64,000 nucleotides of DNA from an uncultured Terracidiphilus sp. (lineage in GTDB: Bacteria; Acidobacteriota; Terriglobia; Terriglobales; Acidobacteriaceae). The notes below the pieces were generated by a model, which was given only the letters and a program-made list of their open reading frames with translations, had not been told where the DNA came from and made no database searches. Of this stretch, positions 39,488-48,597 are shown in pieces (within the stretch, counting starts at the first letter, position 1; each line of letters opens with the position of its first letter). Location: assembly GCA_964383595.1 (NCBI GenBank), contig CAYLHL010000001.1, positions 42,676 to 106,675 on the forward strand, written 5' to 3'. The translations under genes and the position numbers were made by a program.

Positions 39488-39746
39488 CTATTTGGCGGCA
39501 GCCTTCTTCTGCGCGGCCCAGCGCCGTTTGACAGCCTCGGCGATGCGAGCGCGTCCCTCGGGCGAGAGAATCCGCTTCTTTTTCCGTGGTGAGGCTTTTG
39601 GAGGGGTAGCAACCACCTTGGGGGGGGCGACCGACCTTCGGCGGCGCTTTAGTGATCGTTGAACCGCTGGCCACTAAGAGCGCGCGGGCCTGGGTAAGCC
39701 GTGCAATCTCCGCATCAATGGAGGAAAGAATGTCTATGAGTGCCAT
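39488..39746 (-). pseudogene. Small basic nucleoid-associated-like protein frameshifted at a C8 tract
   Basis: IDAEIARL..ARALL..GRPP in one frame; KKKRILSPEGRARIAEAVKRRWAAQKK in another; frames join if one C is removed at 39620-39627. Confidence 0.7.
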
Positions 39747-40039
39747 TCGGGAATTATAGCGCCGTCCCAGCTAGCCGGCCCTTGCTTAGAAAGCACTCCT
39801 TGCCTCGACCAGTTCTCTTTTCCAGCCTCCCCAACGGTTAGCGCCTTGATCGAAAGCGACGCGACGCCTTTGGCGTTCAATCGCGCTGTGTGGGGGCGTT
39901 GCGGGGTTTTCGCCCCGCTGGGGTGGGTAGGAGGAGGACGCAAAGCGGCCGCAACGAGGGAGGGTGCTCCCTCCAAACGTAGCTGAAAAGACGATTCTGG
40001 TCTGGGATTTTGCCTTCGAGGGGGTAATGCTGGGTGAAG

Positions 40040-40621
40040 TCAGTAGTAGCTGTTTAGGAGAACCAGGTGGCGAAGGATGCTTCCGGCGAAGATCAGAGCC
40101 AAACCGCCAACGGACAGGATCAGCGGACTGAAGAAGATTGGATTAAACCAGAGAAAACCGATGCCAGCGAGGCAGGCGAGAAGAAGAAGTACGGTGCCTG
40201 TGATGAAACGGGTTTGAATCAGGTAGACGATTAAACCGGCAGAGGTGAGCGCGATGGCCGAGATCTGGGGGCTGATTCCAGGGAGTAAAGGCTGGCTTTG
40301 AGAGAGGATGGCAAGTCCAATTCCGGAGGTCGAGAGAATCAGACAGAAGGTTCCGAAACCTCGACGCAAACGCGGATAGAGGTAGACGGAGGAGCAAATC
40401 AGGGCGAGTGCCGCAATTGTGGTGATGGTTCTCGGTTGAAACGTAGTATTGCGCGACATCCACATCCATAATGCGACTGTGGCCGAGAGGATGCCGGAGT
40501 AAACGATGAAGCCCGCAGCGGCGGCAGCGCGTCTTGCTTTGATAAATCCGTAGGCGATTGGATTCGATGCGGTGAGCATGTTGAGCATATTTTGCGGTTG
40601 TAGCGCGAGCATGGCGACCAT
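40040..40621 (-). CDS. Multi-pass membrane protein at the end of the tra operon
   Basis: About six hydrophobic segments; starts 3 bp after the transglycosylase gene. Confidence 0.7.
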   Translation of the reverse strand: MVAMLALQPQNMLNMLTASNPIAYGFIKARRAAAAAGFIVYSGILSATVALWMWMSRNTTFQPRTITTIAALALICSSVYLYPRLRRGFGTFCLILSTSGIGLAILSQSQPLLPGISPQISAIALTSAGLIVYLIQTRFITGTVLLLLACLAGIGFLWFNPIFFSPLILSVGGLALIFAGSILRHLVLLNSYY

Positions 40622-40624
40622 CCT

Positions 40625-41227
40625 TCATGGTCTGGCGTTTTTGAGAATGCGATCAACGTATCCGTTGTAAAAGCCGAAATTAGCAGTCCCGCTGTTGTAG
40701 ATCGACAGCGCGTGAAGCAGCGCATCGGGGTCGTTCGGTGCCGCCAGCTTTTGGGCGGCATAGGCTTCGGCAAGGAGGTTGGCGCCAACGGTGACGTTGG
40801 TGCAAGGGTCGAAGAGCCGTTCTGGATCGAGATGAAATCGAGCGGCATTGTCGGTGCTGACCTGGAGAAGCCCGACAGAGACGGAGACGCGATGTTGAAG
40901 GAGCCAGCGCATCCAGAGGACAGCCTCCAATTTGGAATTCGGTTGTCTTTGAAGCTCGATTGCCTGGTTGGTGAGTCCAAACCTGCCAGCGATTTTCTGG
41001 GGGCTGTTGACGCTGATTGCGTAGGGGTGAAAGCCGGACTCCGTCGTTGCGACGGCAAGCATGGTATTGAGTGCGGCGTAAGGAGCGCAGCTCCTGAGCA
41101 GAACGATCATCTGGTCTTGTGAATAGCGGCCATTCGGTTCCAGAAGCGTGGCCGCCGGGCCCTGCGCGACAGCGGCGGCTGCGGCCACACTGAGAAGAAT
41201 CACGACAATGGATTGATACCGTTTCAT
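40625..41227 (-). CDS. VirB1/TrbN-like lytic transglycosylase
   Basis: Signal peptide; TESGFHPYAI, SVGLLQV, LFDPCTN, ALSIYNSG. Confidence 0.85.
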   Translation of the reverse strand: MKRYQSIVVILLSVAAAAAVAQGPAATLLEPNGRYSQDQMIVLLRSCAPYAALNTMLAVATTESGFHPYAISVNSPQKIAGRFGLTNQAIELQRQPNSKLEAVLWMRWLLQHRVSVSVGLLQVSTDNAARFHLDPERLFDPCTNVTVGANLLAEAYAAQKLAAPNDPDALLHALSIYNSGTANFGFYNGYVDRILKNARP

Positions 41228-42396
41228 CTGTTGGTTGCACTCACCACGGGAATCCAGAAGAGTCTGGACCATGCTTCGATGGCGGATTGCTGAATCTCTG
41301 CGATGTAGGTGCCTTTCGTCCAATAGTCGTTTGCGATCGATACGATCACTTCGGGATTGTGTTCCATGGAGATGAGGATGGGAGCGACGAGGAGCTGTTC
41401 GTAACAGATGATGGGCGCTGCGCGCCTGGGGCCGACGGAGAGAATGGACGGGCCGAAATAGTGAATGGGGACGCCGATTTTGTCCCAAGGTCTCCACATC
41501 GCGTATGGGATCGGGACCCGCTGTTGGAATGTCGCTGTGTACTGCCCGCGCAGGAGAAGCTCGTTCTGATATTGACCGCGGTGAGACGAGTTTTCTTCTG
41601 CGCCGAAGAGAATCGACTGGTGGTTCCGTTCGAGTTCAGAGTAGGTCGATTGCCAGAACCCCTCTGCGGCGGGTGTCCAGTGATTGATGAGTCCTTCGGG
41701 AAAGACCTGGATTTGGGCATTTGAGTCGAGTGCGGTCTCCTGAACGTAAACGACAGCCTTGTAGAGCGCCAGCGGCGTTTGCTTGGATAGTTCAGCGCCT
41801 CCAAGTTCGGTGTCGTGGCTTTGCCAGGCCGGGGGAATGGTTGGAGTGCCTGGGTGCGAGACATAGCAAATTGCGGCGAGCATCCCCGCCGATAGAAGCG
41901 AAGAGACCCTGCGCTTCGACAGGGTTCCAAAGAGAATGATGGTGGCGAAGAGGCCCGCCCAGCCGAGCCCTGGAAACAGGACGCCGGCGACGGTCAGAGG
42001 ATTGACGACGCCGGTGGGCAGGAGGGCTGTGAGACACAGCCCGATAGGCAAAGCCCATTCGGCCTTGATGCGTGGCGTCAGGAGCAGCCAGACCCAAGGC
42101 AGCGTCAGGACAACCGACGAAATGATCCAGAGGATCAGAATGGAGAGCGGATGCATTCCGGCGTCGTCGCCGAAGAATTGGGTTGCTCCAGGCATGACCG
42201 GCCAAATCGATGCTGCGTAGTAGCATCCGAGAACTGTCAGGCGCTGTGCCGGTCCTTTCACGCTCCTGAACACCATAGGCAGCGCGAGAAGCGCCAGAAG
42301 AGTGAAGAGGTGGCCGGACCATGCAACAGCGCCGATTACAAGTGCGAGAAAACCGGCCATCAGGGCGGTTTTAGAAGAGCCAGAAGAGTTTTGCAT
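41224..42396 (-). CDS. traB: Conjugal transfer protein TraB-like (carbon-nitrogen hydrolase/Lnt-like fold)
   Basis: N-terminal TM helices, VFPEG, PIICYEQLL, ANDYW; follows traF as in Ti-plasmid traAFB. Confidence 0.75.
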   Translation of the reverse strand: MQNSSGSSKTALMAGFLALVIGAVAWSGHLFTLLALLALPMVFRSVKGPAQRLTVLGCYYAASIWPVMPGATQFFGDDAGMHPLSILILWIISSVVLTLPWVWLLLTPRIKAEWALPIGLCLTALLPTGVVNPLTVAGVLFPGLGWAGLFATIILFGTLSKRRVSSLLSAGMLAAICYVSHPGTPTIPPAWQSHDTELGGAELSKQTPLALYKAVVYVQETALDSNAQIQVFPEGLINHWTPAAEGFWQSTYSELERNHQSILFGAEENSSHRGQYQNELLLRGQYTATFQQRVPIPYAMWRPWDKIGVPIHYFGPSILSVGPRRAAPIICYEQLLVAPILISMEHNPEVIVSIANDYWTKGTYIAEIQQSAIEAWSRLFWIPVVSATNR

Positions 42397-42898
42397 ATTG
42401 AACCTTTTCATCGAGATTGACTGGGCCGAAGTAGCGGCTATCAAAGCTGAAACGGTTGTAGGAGGAAATGACCCATACCGTCCCAGGAAGGACGGCATAG
42501 GTTCCGAACGGGACCATCGGCATGGGCCGTCCAATTCCATCCTTGGGGTACTGTTTGGAATTCTGGAGAAGCTTCCCGTTGACGGCTACACCGGCTTGGC
42601 TCAGAGTAATGGTATCTCCAGCTCGGGCAGCGATTGGCTTGAGCAACGGGGCGTATCCGTCCCCGCATCCGAAGCTCCTTACCCTGTACTCTCTTTCGAT
42701 TGAGACCTTTTCAGCGACTCCGGTGGGACAGACGAGAAGGTCACTTCCTTTCCCTGCGGGAACGATCCGGTAAAGCCCCGGAGGGAGGGAGTTGGAAGCG
42801 ATGTTGAGCCGGATTCCGAAGACACCGAGCAGAAGGACGATGCTCGAAGCAGCGATGGCCGGTGCGACCGCGACAATGACGAAACGCTTAACGTTCAT
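42371..42898 (-). CDS. traF: Conjugative transfer signal peptidase TraF (S26)
   Basis: SLPPGLYR, PLLKPIAA..GD, SFDSRYFGP. Confidence 0.88.
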   Translation of the reverse strand: MNVKRFVIVAVAPAIAASSIVLLLGVFGIRLNIASNSLPPGLYRIVPAGKGSDLLVCPTGVAEKVSIEREYRVRSFGCGDGYAPLLKPIAARAGDTITLSQAGVAVNGKLLQNSKQYPKDGIGRPMPMVPFGTYAVLPGTVWVISSYNRFSFDSRYFGPVNLDEKVQYAKLFWLF

Positions 42899-45263
42899 TG
42901 GAGGTCGCTCCCGCGCTTCTCTGGAGTTCGTAGATGTGGAAGTTTCTGTCCATCTCTTCCATGCCTTCGTCGAGCTGGGAGAATATCTCCTTCATTTCGT
43001 CTGTGGGTACCGGTTGCTGAGAAATTGCAGCCGCGGTTTCGCCTTGTTCTTTCATTTCGGGATCTCCAGTTGTGAATGCGTGTGATGTAGTGAGGGTTTG
43101 CTTGTCGGAGGAGATGATGTGCTTCGGTCCTCCGTTGGCAGACGACGCGGCGGCTGCGGATGGAGGTTTGGAAGGTGGATCAAGTAGAGTGGCGGATTTG
43201 ACTTGAATAGGACCCTGAATCAAGCCACGAGTGGATTGCAAGGTATCCGAATGGTAGAGCTTGCCTGCCGAGAGGATATTGCCTTCATGCTCGATGGTGA
43301 ACAGAGTTTGCGGCGGCTTGATCGCCGATCTTTTTTGTAGCACCGGGTCCTGAAAATAGAGAAGCTGCTTGCCGAATATCGGCGGTTGCCCAGCGATGAA
43401 GATGAGCATTGCTCCTGGAGCGACGATACGCTGGGCTTCGCCCTGGCCTTCCTTGATGGGTCCTGGAAGGCGCATGAGTTCATCGATGGTGATGAGAGGC
43501 CGGGAGATGTGGTCTACGTTGGTGGATACGTTTGTTGCAAGCGGGCTTGTGCGCGAGCCGCTGTAGCTGACAGCCGCTCTGAGGATCGTGGCTGTTCCCG
43601 CCATTTTTGAGAGTGCCTCTGCGGTCTCGGTCTTATTCGGTGCAAAAGCAATTCGAATATGGCAGTTGGAGATGATGCTCTCGTGGTTGCCATATGTGTC
43701 CTTCATCTGTTCGATGTCCTGCGTAATCAGGTATGCCTTGATGCCGTAACCGGCGATGTAGGCGAATGCGGTTTGGAAGATCGGCATTTTGCCCAATGTT
43801 GGGAACTCGTCGATTAGGAGCAAAACCCGATGGTCTGGGCGGGCCTTAAATGTCTCGCCGGGCTTGAGCGCCTGTTGGAGTTTGGAATTCCGCACTTCTT
43901 CAAGTTCCTCAGTCAATCGGTTCACAGTCATCGTGAAGATCAGCCTGAGGAGGGGCTTGAGGCGCTCGATGTCGCTCGGCGGCACAACAAGGTAGAGGCT
44001 CACAGGGTATCTGAAGTGCTTCAGATCGTTGATGGTGAAGTCGCTCTCTTCGATGCTGCGTTGAACCAGGGGATCGCTGTAGAGGATGAGTGCTGTTTTC
44101 GCTGTGGACAACACGCCGGAGAATTCCTTGTCCTCTCTGTTGAGCATCTCCTGCATTTTTTCGAGGACTACAGGATGCACGAGCGACTGTTGGCCGTCGC
44201 GGAGATTCCAATAGCTTGTGGAATCGACGTGAGGAGTTCTCATGGCCTGGGAAAAGTATTCGCGGGCAACGTTGAGCTGTTGCGGGTCCATCCCTTCGAG
44301 GTCGATGGGCATCGTCAGGTCGGACATAAGCGGCGTGAGCGAGTTGGACAGTTCCGTAAGTGTGGCAAACCGATTCTTCCGTCGCGCGACATAGCAAAGA
44401 TGCAGGATGAGACCGGTCACAAGACTGGTCGCCGATTTGATCCAATGTTCGTCCTGGGCGCTTTCTTTGCCGCTTCTGCAAAGCATTTCCGCGATGTTTT
44501 GCGCGTCGGATACTTCGCGGAGCGTACCGATGCGCACCTCGGCGAGTGGGTTGAAGCGCGCGCTATGCTCTTCGACTGGAGCGAAACGAAAACAGACGTG
44601 GCCTGCGGAAATCCGATAGCCAGCGGTCCTGTCCCAGTTTTCGCCTTTGATGTCGAAGATCACTGCGCTCTCTTCCCATGCGAGTAGCGTTGGAATCACA
44701 AGCCCGACGCCCTTGCCGGACCTGGTTGGGGCAAAGGCAAGAATGTGTTCCGGGCCTGCGTGCCTGAGGTATTCGAGGGAATCGGTTTTCTCATCGTGCC
44801 AGCCGCCGATGTAGACGCCATGTTTTTGATCGACAAGTCCAGAGTTGCGGATTTCCTTTTCATTGGCCCATCGTGCGCTTCCGTGAAGATCCTCAGTGTC
44901 TTCGGTGAGCTTCTTGTTGCGATGAATATTGAGTGCGGCAACGATGAAGAGCGAAACCGCAAAGCCGACAGCTGCAATCAGTGTTGAGGTCAGCAGGGGC
45001 TGCCGTACCAGTGGGTCGGGAGAGTTGCCGAACTTAAGAATCCAGGGGAACCACTTGTACGGTGGGTAAAGTTTCAAAGAGGCGATTTGGAATAAAGGCG
45101 GTCCGAGTGCCGGCTGGTAATCGAAGTGCGAGGCAATGTGCTGGGTTGTGATGACGTTGGTTGCGACCAATGCCATTAGCCCAAGCAGGATGGCGGACCA
45201 ATTGTATGTGCCGAGGTATCCAGGCGATTGTGGTCTCTTGTACAAGGCTGGAGATGTGTTCAT
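42888..45263 (-). CDS. traG: Type IV coupling protein TraG/VirD4
   Basis: LHGSARWA, APTRSGKGVG, DIKGENW, LLLIDEFPTLG. Confidence 0.92.
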   Translation of the reverse strand: MNTSPALYKRPQSPGYLGTYNWSAILLGLMALVATNVITTQHIASHFDYQPALGPPLFQIASLKLYPPYKWFPWILKFGNSPDPLVRQPLLTSTLIAAVGFAVSLFIVAALNIHRNKKLTEDTEDLHGSARWANEKEIRNSGLVDQKHGVYIGGWHDEKTDSLEYLRHAGPEHILAFAPTRSGKGVGLVIPTLLAWEESAVIFDIKGENWDRTAGYRISAGHVCFRFAPVEEHSARFNPLAEVRIGTLREVSDAQNIAEMLCRSGKESAQDEHWIKSATSLVTGLILHLCYVARRKNRFATLTELSNSLTPLMSDLTMPIDLEGMDPQQLNVAREYFSQAMRTPHVDSTSYWNLRDGQQSLVHPVVLEKMQEMLNREDKEFSGVLSTAKTALILYSDPLVQRSIEESDFTINDLKHFRYPVSLYLVVPPSDIERLKPLLRLIFTMTVNRLTEELEEVRNSKLQQALKPGETFKARPDHRVLLLIDEFPTLGKMPIFQTAFAYIAGYGIKAYLITQDIEQMKDTYGNHESIISNCHIRIAFAPNKTETAEALSKMAGTATILRAAVSYSGSRTSPLATNVSTNVDHISRPLITIDELMRLPGPIKEGQGEAQRIVAPGAMLIFIAGQPPIFGKQLLYFQDPVLQKRSAIKPPQTLFTIEHEGNILSAGKLYHSDTLQSTRGLIQGPIQVKSATLLDPPSKPPSAAAASSANGGPKHIISSDKQTLTTSHAFTTGDPEMKEQGETAAAISQQPVPTDEMKEIFSQLDEGMEEMDRNFHIYELQRSAGATSNER

Positions 45264-45266
45264 GGT

Positions 45267-45707
45267 TTATCGCTCCAGTTGGGTGCGAAGCCGGCTAGGC
45301 GTTGAAATGGTTCGAGAGTGCACTTCAGCGCGTTGAAGACTATATGCAGCCGCTGCTTTGAGAAGTTTTGCCGTTTCCATCTCCTGGTCTGGAAGTGGAA
45401 GGATCTGGTACGTGACTGTCTGGTCGTACTCCGAGCAGCCGACCGACATCACGAAGAGTCCGCGTACTCCTTGAGATCGCTCCTCCCCAGGAATCAGTCC
45501 TGCCGACAGCGCCAAGACAGCTTCCTTGCCTGCGGGGTATCCATAGATCGAGTTGAATAGCGTAGTCGCAAGGGTAATGTCGTTGGTTGTAATCGGATCA
45601 GGCCCACCGTTTTCTCTGCGGTGCTGTGGCATCATCGAGAGTTCGATGTGGTTAGCCATCTGGTGAAAGAGTCCTGCGTGTCCGTGGTAGATTTCCACTT
45701 GCATCAT
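45267..45707 (-). CDS. Hypothetical protein
   Basis: AGGAG RBS; ends 3 bp before traG start. Confidence 0.6.
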   Translation of the reverse strand: MMQVEIYHGHAGLFHQMANHIELSMMPQHRRENGGPDPITTNDITLATTLFNSIYGYPAGKEAVLALSAGLIPGEERSQGVRGLFVMSVGCSEYDQTVTYQILPLPDQEMETAKLLKAAAAYSLQRAEVHSRTISTPSRLRTQLER

Positions 45708-45856
45708 GGCGGTTCTCCTGTTCTAACTTCTGGCACGTTGAGCGCGGGGGCCGGCTACCCATGTTCTGTCTGAATCGTGGTGGGAAAGCTGCCACTTCAG
45801 CAGTGGCAGCATCCCAGGTTGGCAGATCATGAGAGCCGACTGGTCATAGCCGACAT

Positions 45857-47452
45857 TCAGCGACCAAGTTCTTGTGTGGGATTGGTTCGCGCGGCGCGGC
45901 GCTGTTCCCTCTCTTCAGGAGTCCTGCCGGACTGATTGGAGTGATACCAGGCGCACTTGCCAAAGATCGCGGCAAGTTCCTCTCGCTTTCCAGGGAGTGG
46001 CTTGACTGCGATGCGTAGATTTTGGTTGAGGGCGCCGATCGGCGGCCGTTCAATGTTGATGGCGAATGTGTCGTTGAACTGCTTCGCTCCGGCTGCGCCA
46101 GTTTCGACGCCTGCCGCGAGGACGGAGAATTCTTTCAGTGCTGCCCTCTTGCAGGTTGCAAACAGATCCTTGTCGAAGGACTTTAGCCCTCTGGAGGTTG
46201 CCGAGTGGTGGTAGAAGGCTGTGGCCATGAACTCTTTGGCCACATCGGGATTGAGCAGGGAGAATGAGTCCCTGGGGTATTTGTCGTTGAGACAGTTCAT
46301 CTTCGACGCCAGCATGGTTTTGGCGAGTTGACGATGGTGTGCGGTGTGCTCCTGACGCGCATCGCAGTATTCGTGCTTGGCCCTGAGAACGGCGTCCTCC
46401 CTGGTCTCTCCGTCGCGCACTTCAATCGGTCGTGTCCGCCGGTCGAGGTGCGTCTGGAAATCCTTGTCGCAGGCCGCCTTCTGCTCGGGGGACAAAGCGT
46501 CGTATCCGCCTTTCTCACGAAGATAGGAGCCAATTTGGGGGGCTTCCGCCTGGTTTTCCAAGGTGTCAAGTTCTTGTTGAGCGTCGGTTCCCTGGATTGT
46601 GGAAGCCGCCGTGGGTTCCGGAGAGACAACCGTTTCGGGTTCCCGTTCCTTGGTTTTAGAACTGCGGCGTCCCGGCTTCTGGGTTTTCTCACTGGTTTCG
46701 AGAGGTGCAACTTGGGTAGCCATACTCTTGGCATCGCTTTCTGTGCGCGACTCTTGCGCACGGTTGAGGTTGAGGTTGTGTTCGATGGTGTGTCGAGCAG
46801 GATTGAGAACTGTTTCGTAGAGACGAAGATCGTGCAGAGACACACAGAGGTCTTCGAGAATGTCAGAGAGTTCGGCGGCTCGATCTTCAGATGGTTCGAG
46901 CGCGTAGCGGTATTGGCCGTCTTTGTTGATGCACGTCAGAGTGGCCAGTTCTTTTAGGGAGATGGTGCGCGCTGTATCCTGGGCTGTATGCGCAGTCAGA
47001 GCATCGATTAAATTGTGGTTTGCATAGTCGCCGTAGATCGCGCCGATGCAGAGCGCGGCTGTCGATTTGTTCAAGACAGGGGATGGGTAATCGGGGTCTT
47101 CGATCTTGGAGAGAATGGCTTTGACGGTGGCAAGTGGGGAGATCGTTGTGCTGCGCTGTTCGATTTGTATGTCTACGAGGTAGCGAAGTCTATCGTAGCG
47201 TTGAATCTGTCGATCAAATGTCTTGGTTTGATCGTCAAGTTTGCGAGCTTGGAACTGTGCCGCGGCTAGAACGGCGAAACCTGTGGCTTCGCGCAAGTAT
47301 TGCTGTACGAGCTGTGGCTCCACTTTCGACGATAAAGAAAGGATGGCCTGCTCTTCGAGGGGCGAGGTCTCCGTTGAAGTTGCGTAATGTTCTATCGCTC
47401 CAATGAGCTGAACAAGTTCCGGCGGGCAATCGGGTTGTGTTGTTGGCAGCAC
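45857..47452 (-). CDS. Hypothetical protein (531 aa)
   Basis: Long ORF co-oriented with tra genes; own promoter-like sequence upstream. Confidence 0.65.
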   Translation of the reverse strand: MLPTTQPDCPPELVQLIGAIEHYATSTETSPLEEQAILSLSSKVEPQLVQQYLREATGFAVLAAAQFQARKLDDQTKTFDRQIQRYDRLRYLVDIQIEQRSTTISPLATVKAILSKIEDPDYPSPVLNKSTAALCIGAIYGDYANHNLIDALTAHTAQDTARTISLKELATLTCINKDGQYRYALEPSEDRAAELSDILEDLCVSLHDLRLYETVLNPARHTIEHNLNLNRAQESRTESDAKSMATQVAPLETSEKTQKPGRRSSKTKEREPETVVSPEPTAASTIQGTDAQQELDTLENQAEAPQIGSYLREKGGYDALSPEQKAACDKDFQTHLDRRTRPIEVRDGETREDAVLRAKHEYCDARQEHTAHHRQLAKTMLASKMNCLNDKYPRDSFSLLNPDVAKEFMATAFYHHSATSRGLKSFDKDLFATCKRAALKEFSVLAAGVETGAAGAKQFNDTFAINIERPPIGALNQNLRIAVKPLPGKREELAAIFGKCAWYHSNQSGRTPEEREQRRAARTNPTQELGR

Positions 47453-47469
47453 CGGATTTCACCTGTCTA

Positions 47470-47498
47470 ATAATACCTATATTCTGTCATTTGTGTAA
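47470..47498 (-). promoter_or_regulatory. Sigma70-like promoter
   Basis: Minus strand TTACAC-17 bp-TATTAT just upstream of the GTG at 47452. Confidence 0.5.
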
Positions 47499-47552
47499 TA
47501 TCTATGCCGCGCAATTACGGAAGTAACGACGCGGTTATGTGAATGGCTTCGT

Positions 47553-48593
47553 TTATCTTGATCTTCCGTGAGCGCGTCCACGGCGGGTTCGGCCGGATTG
47601 ACGGTGTGGCTGGGATAGCCTGAGTGGATCAAGGGTCTGGGATGCCTCCATATATAAGGAGTGGAGAATCGTGCTGCTTGTAGCTCGTTCGCGCACGTGG
47701 AATGCCAGTTCCGAGTCGCCATACGGAGATGAGCTGACCTGGAGATCCAGAATTCCGCCAATTGGCTCTATTCGGGTGTCGCCTGGGGCGAGTTGCGAAG
47801 TCAGAATCCCGAGAAGGTTGCTTCCGTAGGGAATCCCGAGGGCGGTGTTCAAGAGTTGGTCCGCGTATTCACGTCCGGGGAGCCTATAGATGTGGGCTTT
47901 GTTGTGGAGAGCGCGTGCCTGTGCCTCGAAGTAGCGTGACGGAGCCAGTAGGGAAGCGTGGTCGATCAGGGTTTGGTGCTGCCCGTCGAGACTAATCAGG
48001 GTTGCTTCCTTGTAACCGGCATTCGACGCACGGCGAAGAAGGGTTTCTGCGAGTTCCTTGCCGGCCGGGCTTTCCGGGACGGTGCAAAAGGGATTGCCAT
48101 TGACTCTGACCTGGAGTGCCTTAGATGTGATCGGGGTATGCTCGCGAAAGAAGCGATCTGCCGGGCACGGTATGGCGCTGGAAAGGTCATACAAGTATCG
48201 CTTGAGATCTCGGCTCGATTTGAGCCAGCGGTTGGGATGTCCGTAGGCAGCGAGAATTCTGAGTTGGGCGCTTTCCGAATTGAGGTCGAAAAAAACCGGA
48301 GCATGGGTGAGCACGGTTCTGGTTGGATCGATAAGGAATTGAGCGGATTGAAGCAGGTAGTGGAGATTGGGGGGCAGGATCGTTTCGACGAAAGCCAGGG
48401 GATTGAAAGCCGAAGAATATCCCCATATTGTGATCGGGTGCATGGGGTCGTCGAAGATGGTCAGGGCCGCTTGGGCATATTGGCTGATTCGTTCCGAATG
48501 CGCGGGCGCTTGTGAATCCTGGTCCGGATTGGACAGGGTGAACTGAGGCAGAAACCGCTCCGTGACACCGAATACGATCTGTTCTTCAGTCAT
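47553..48593 (-). CDS. Hypothetical protein
   Basis: ATG 4 bp after the relaxase stop, AAGGGG RBS. Confidence 0.6.
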   Translation of the reverse strand: MTEEQIVFGVTERFLPQFTLSNPDQDSQAPAHSERISQYAQAALTIFDDPMHPITIWGYSSAFNPLAFVETILPPNLHYLLQSAQFLIDPTRTVLTHAPVFFDLNSESAQLRILAAYGHPNRWLKSSRDLKRYLYDLSSAIPCPADRFFREHTPITSKALQVRVNGNPFCTVPESPAGKELAETLLRRASNAGYKEATLISLDGQHQTLIDHASLLAPSRYFEAQARALHNKAHIYRLPGREYADQLLNTALGIPYGSNLLGILTSQLAPGDTRIEPIGGILDLQVSSSPYGDSELAFHVRERATSSTILHSLYMEASQTLDPLRLSQPHRQSGRTRRGRAHGRSR

Positions 48594-48597
48594 CCCC

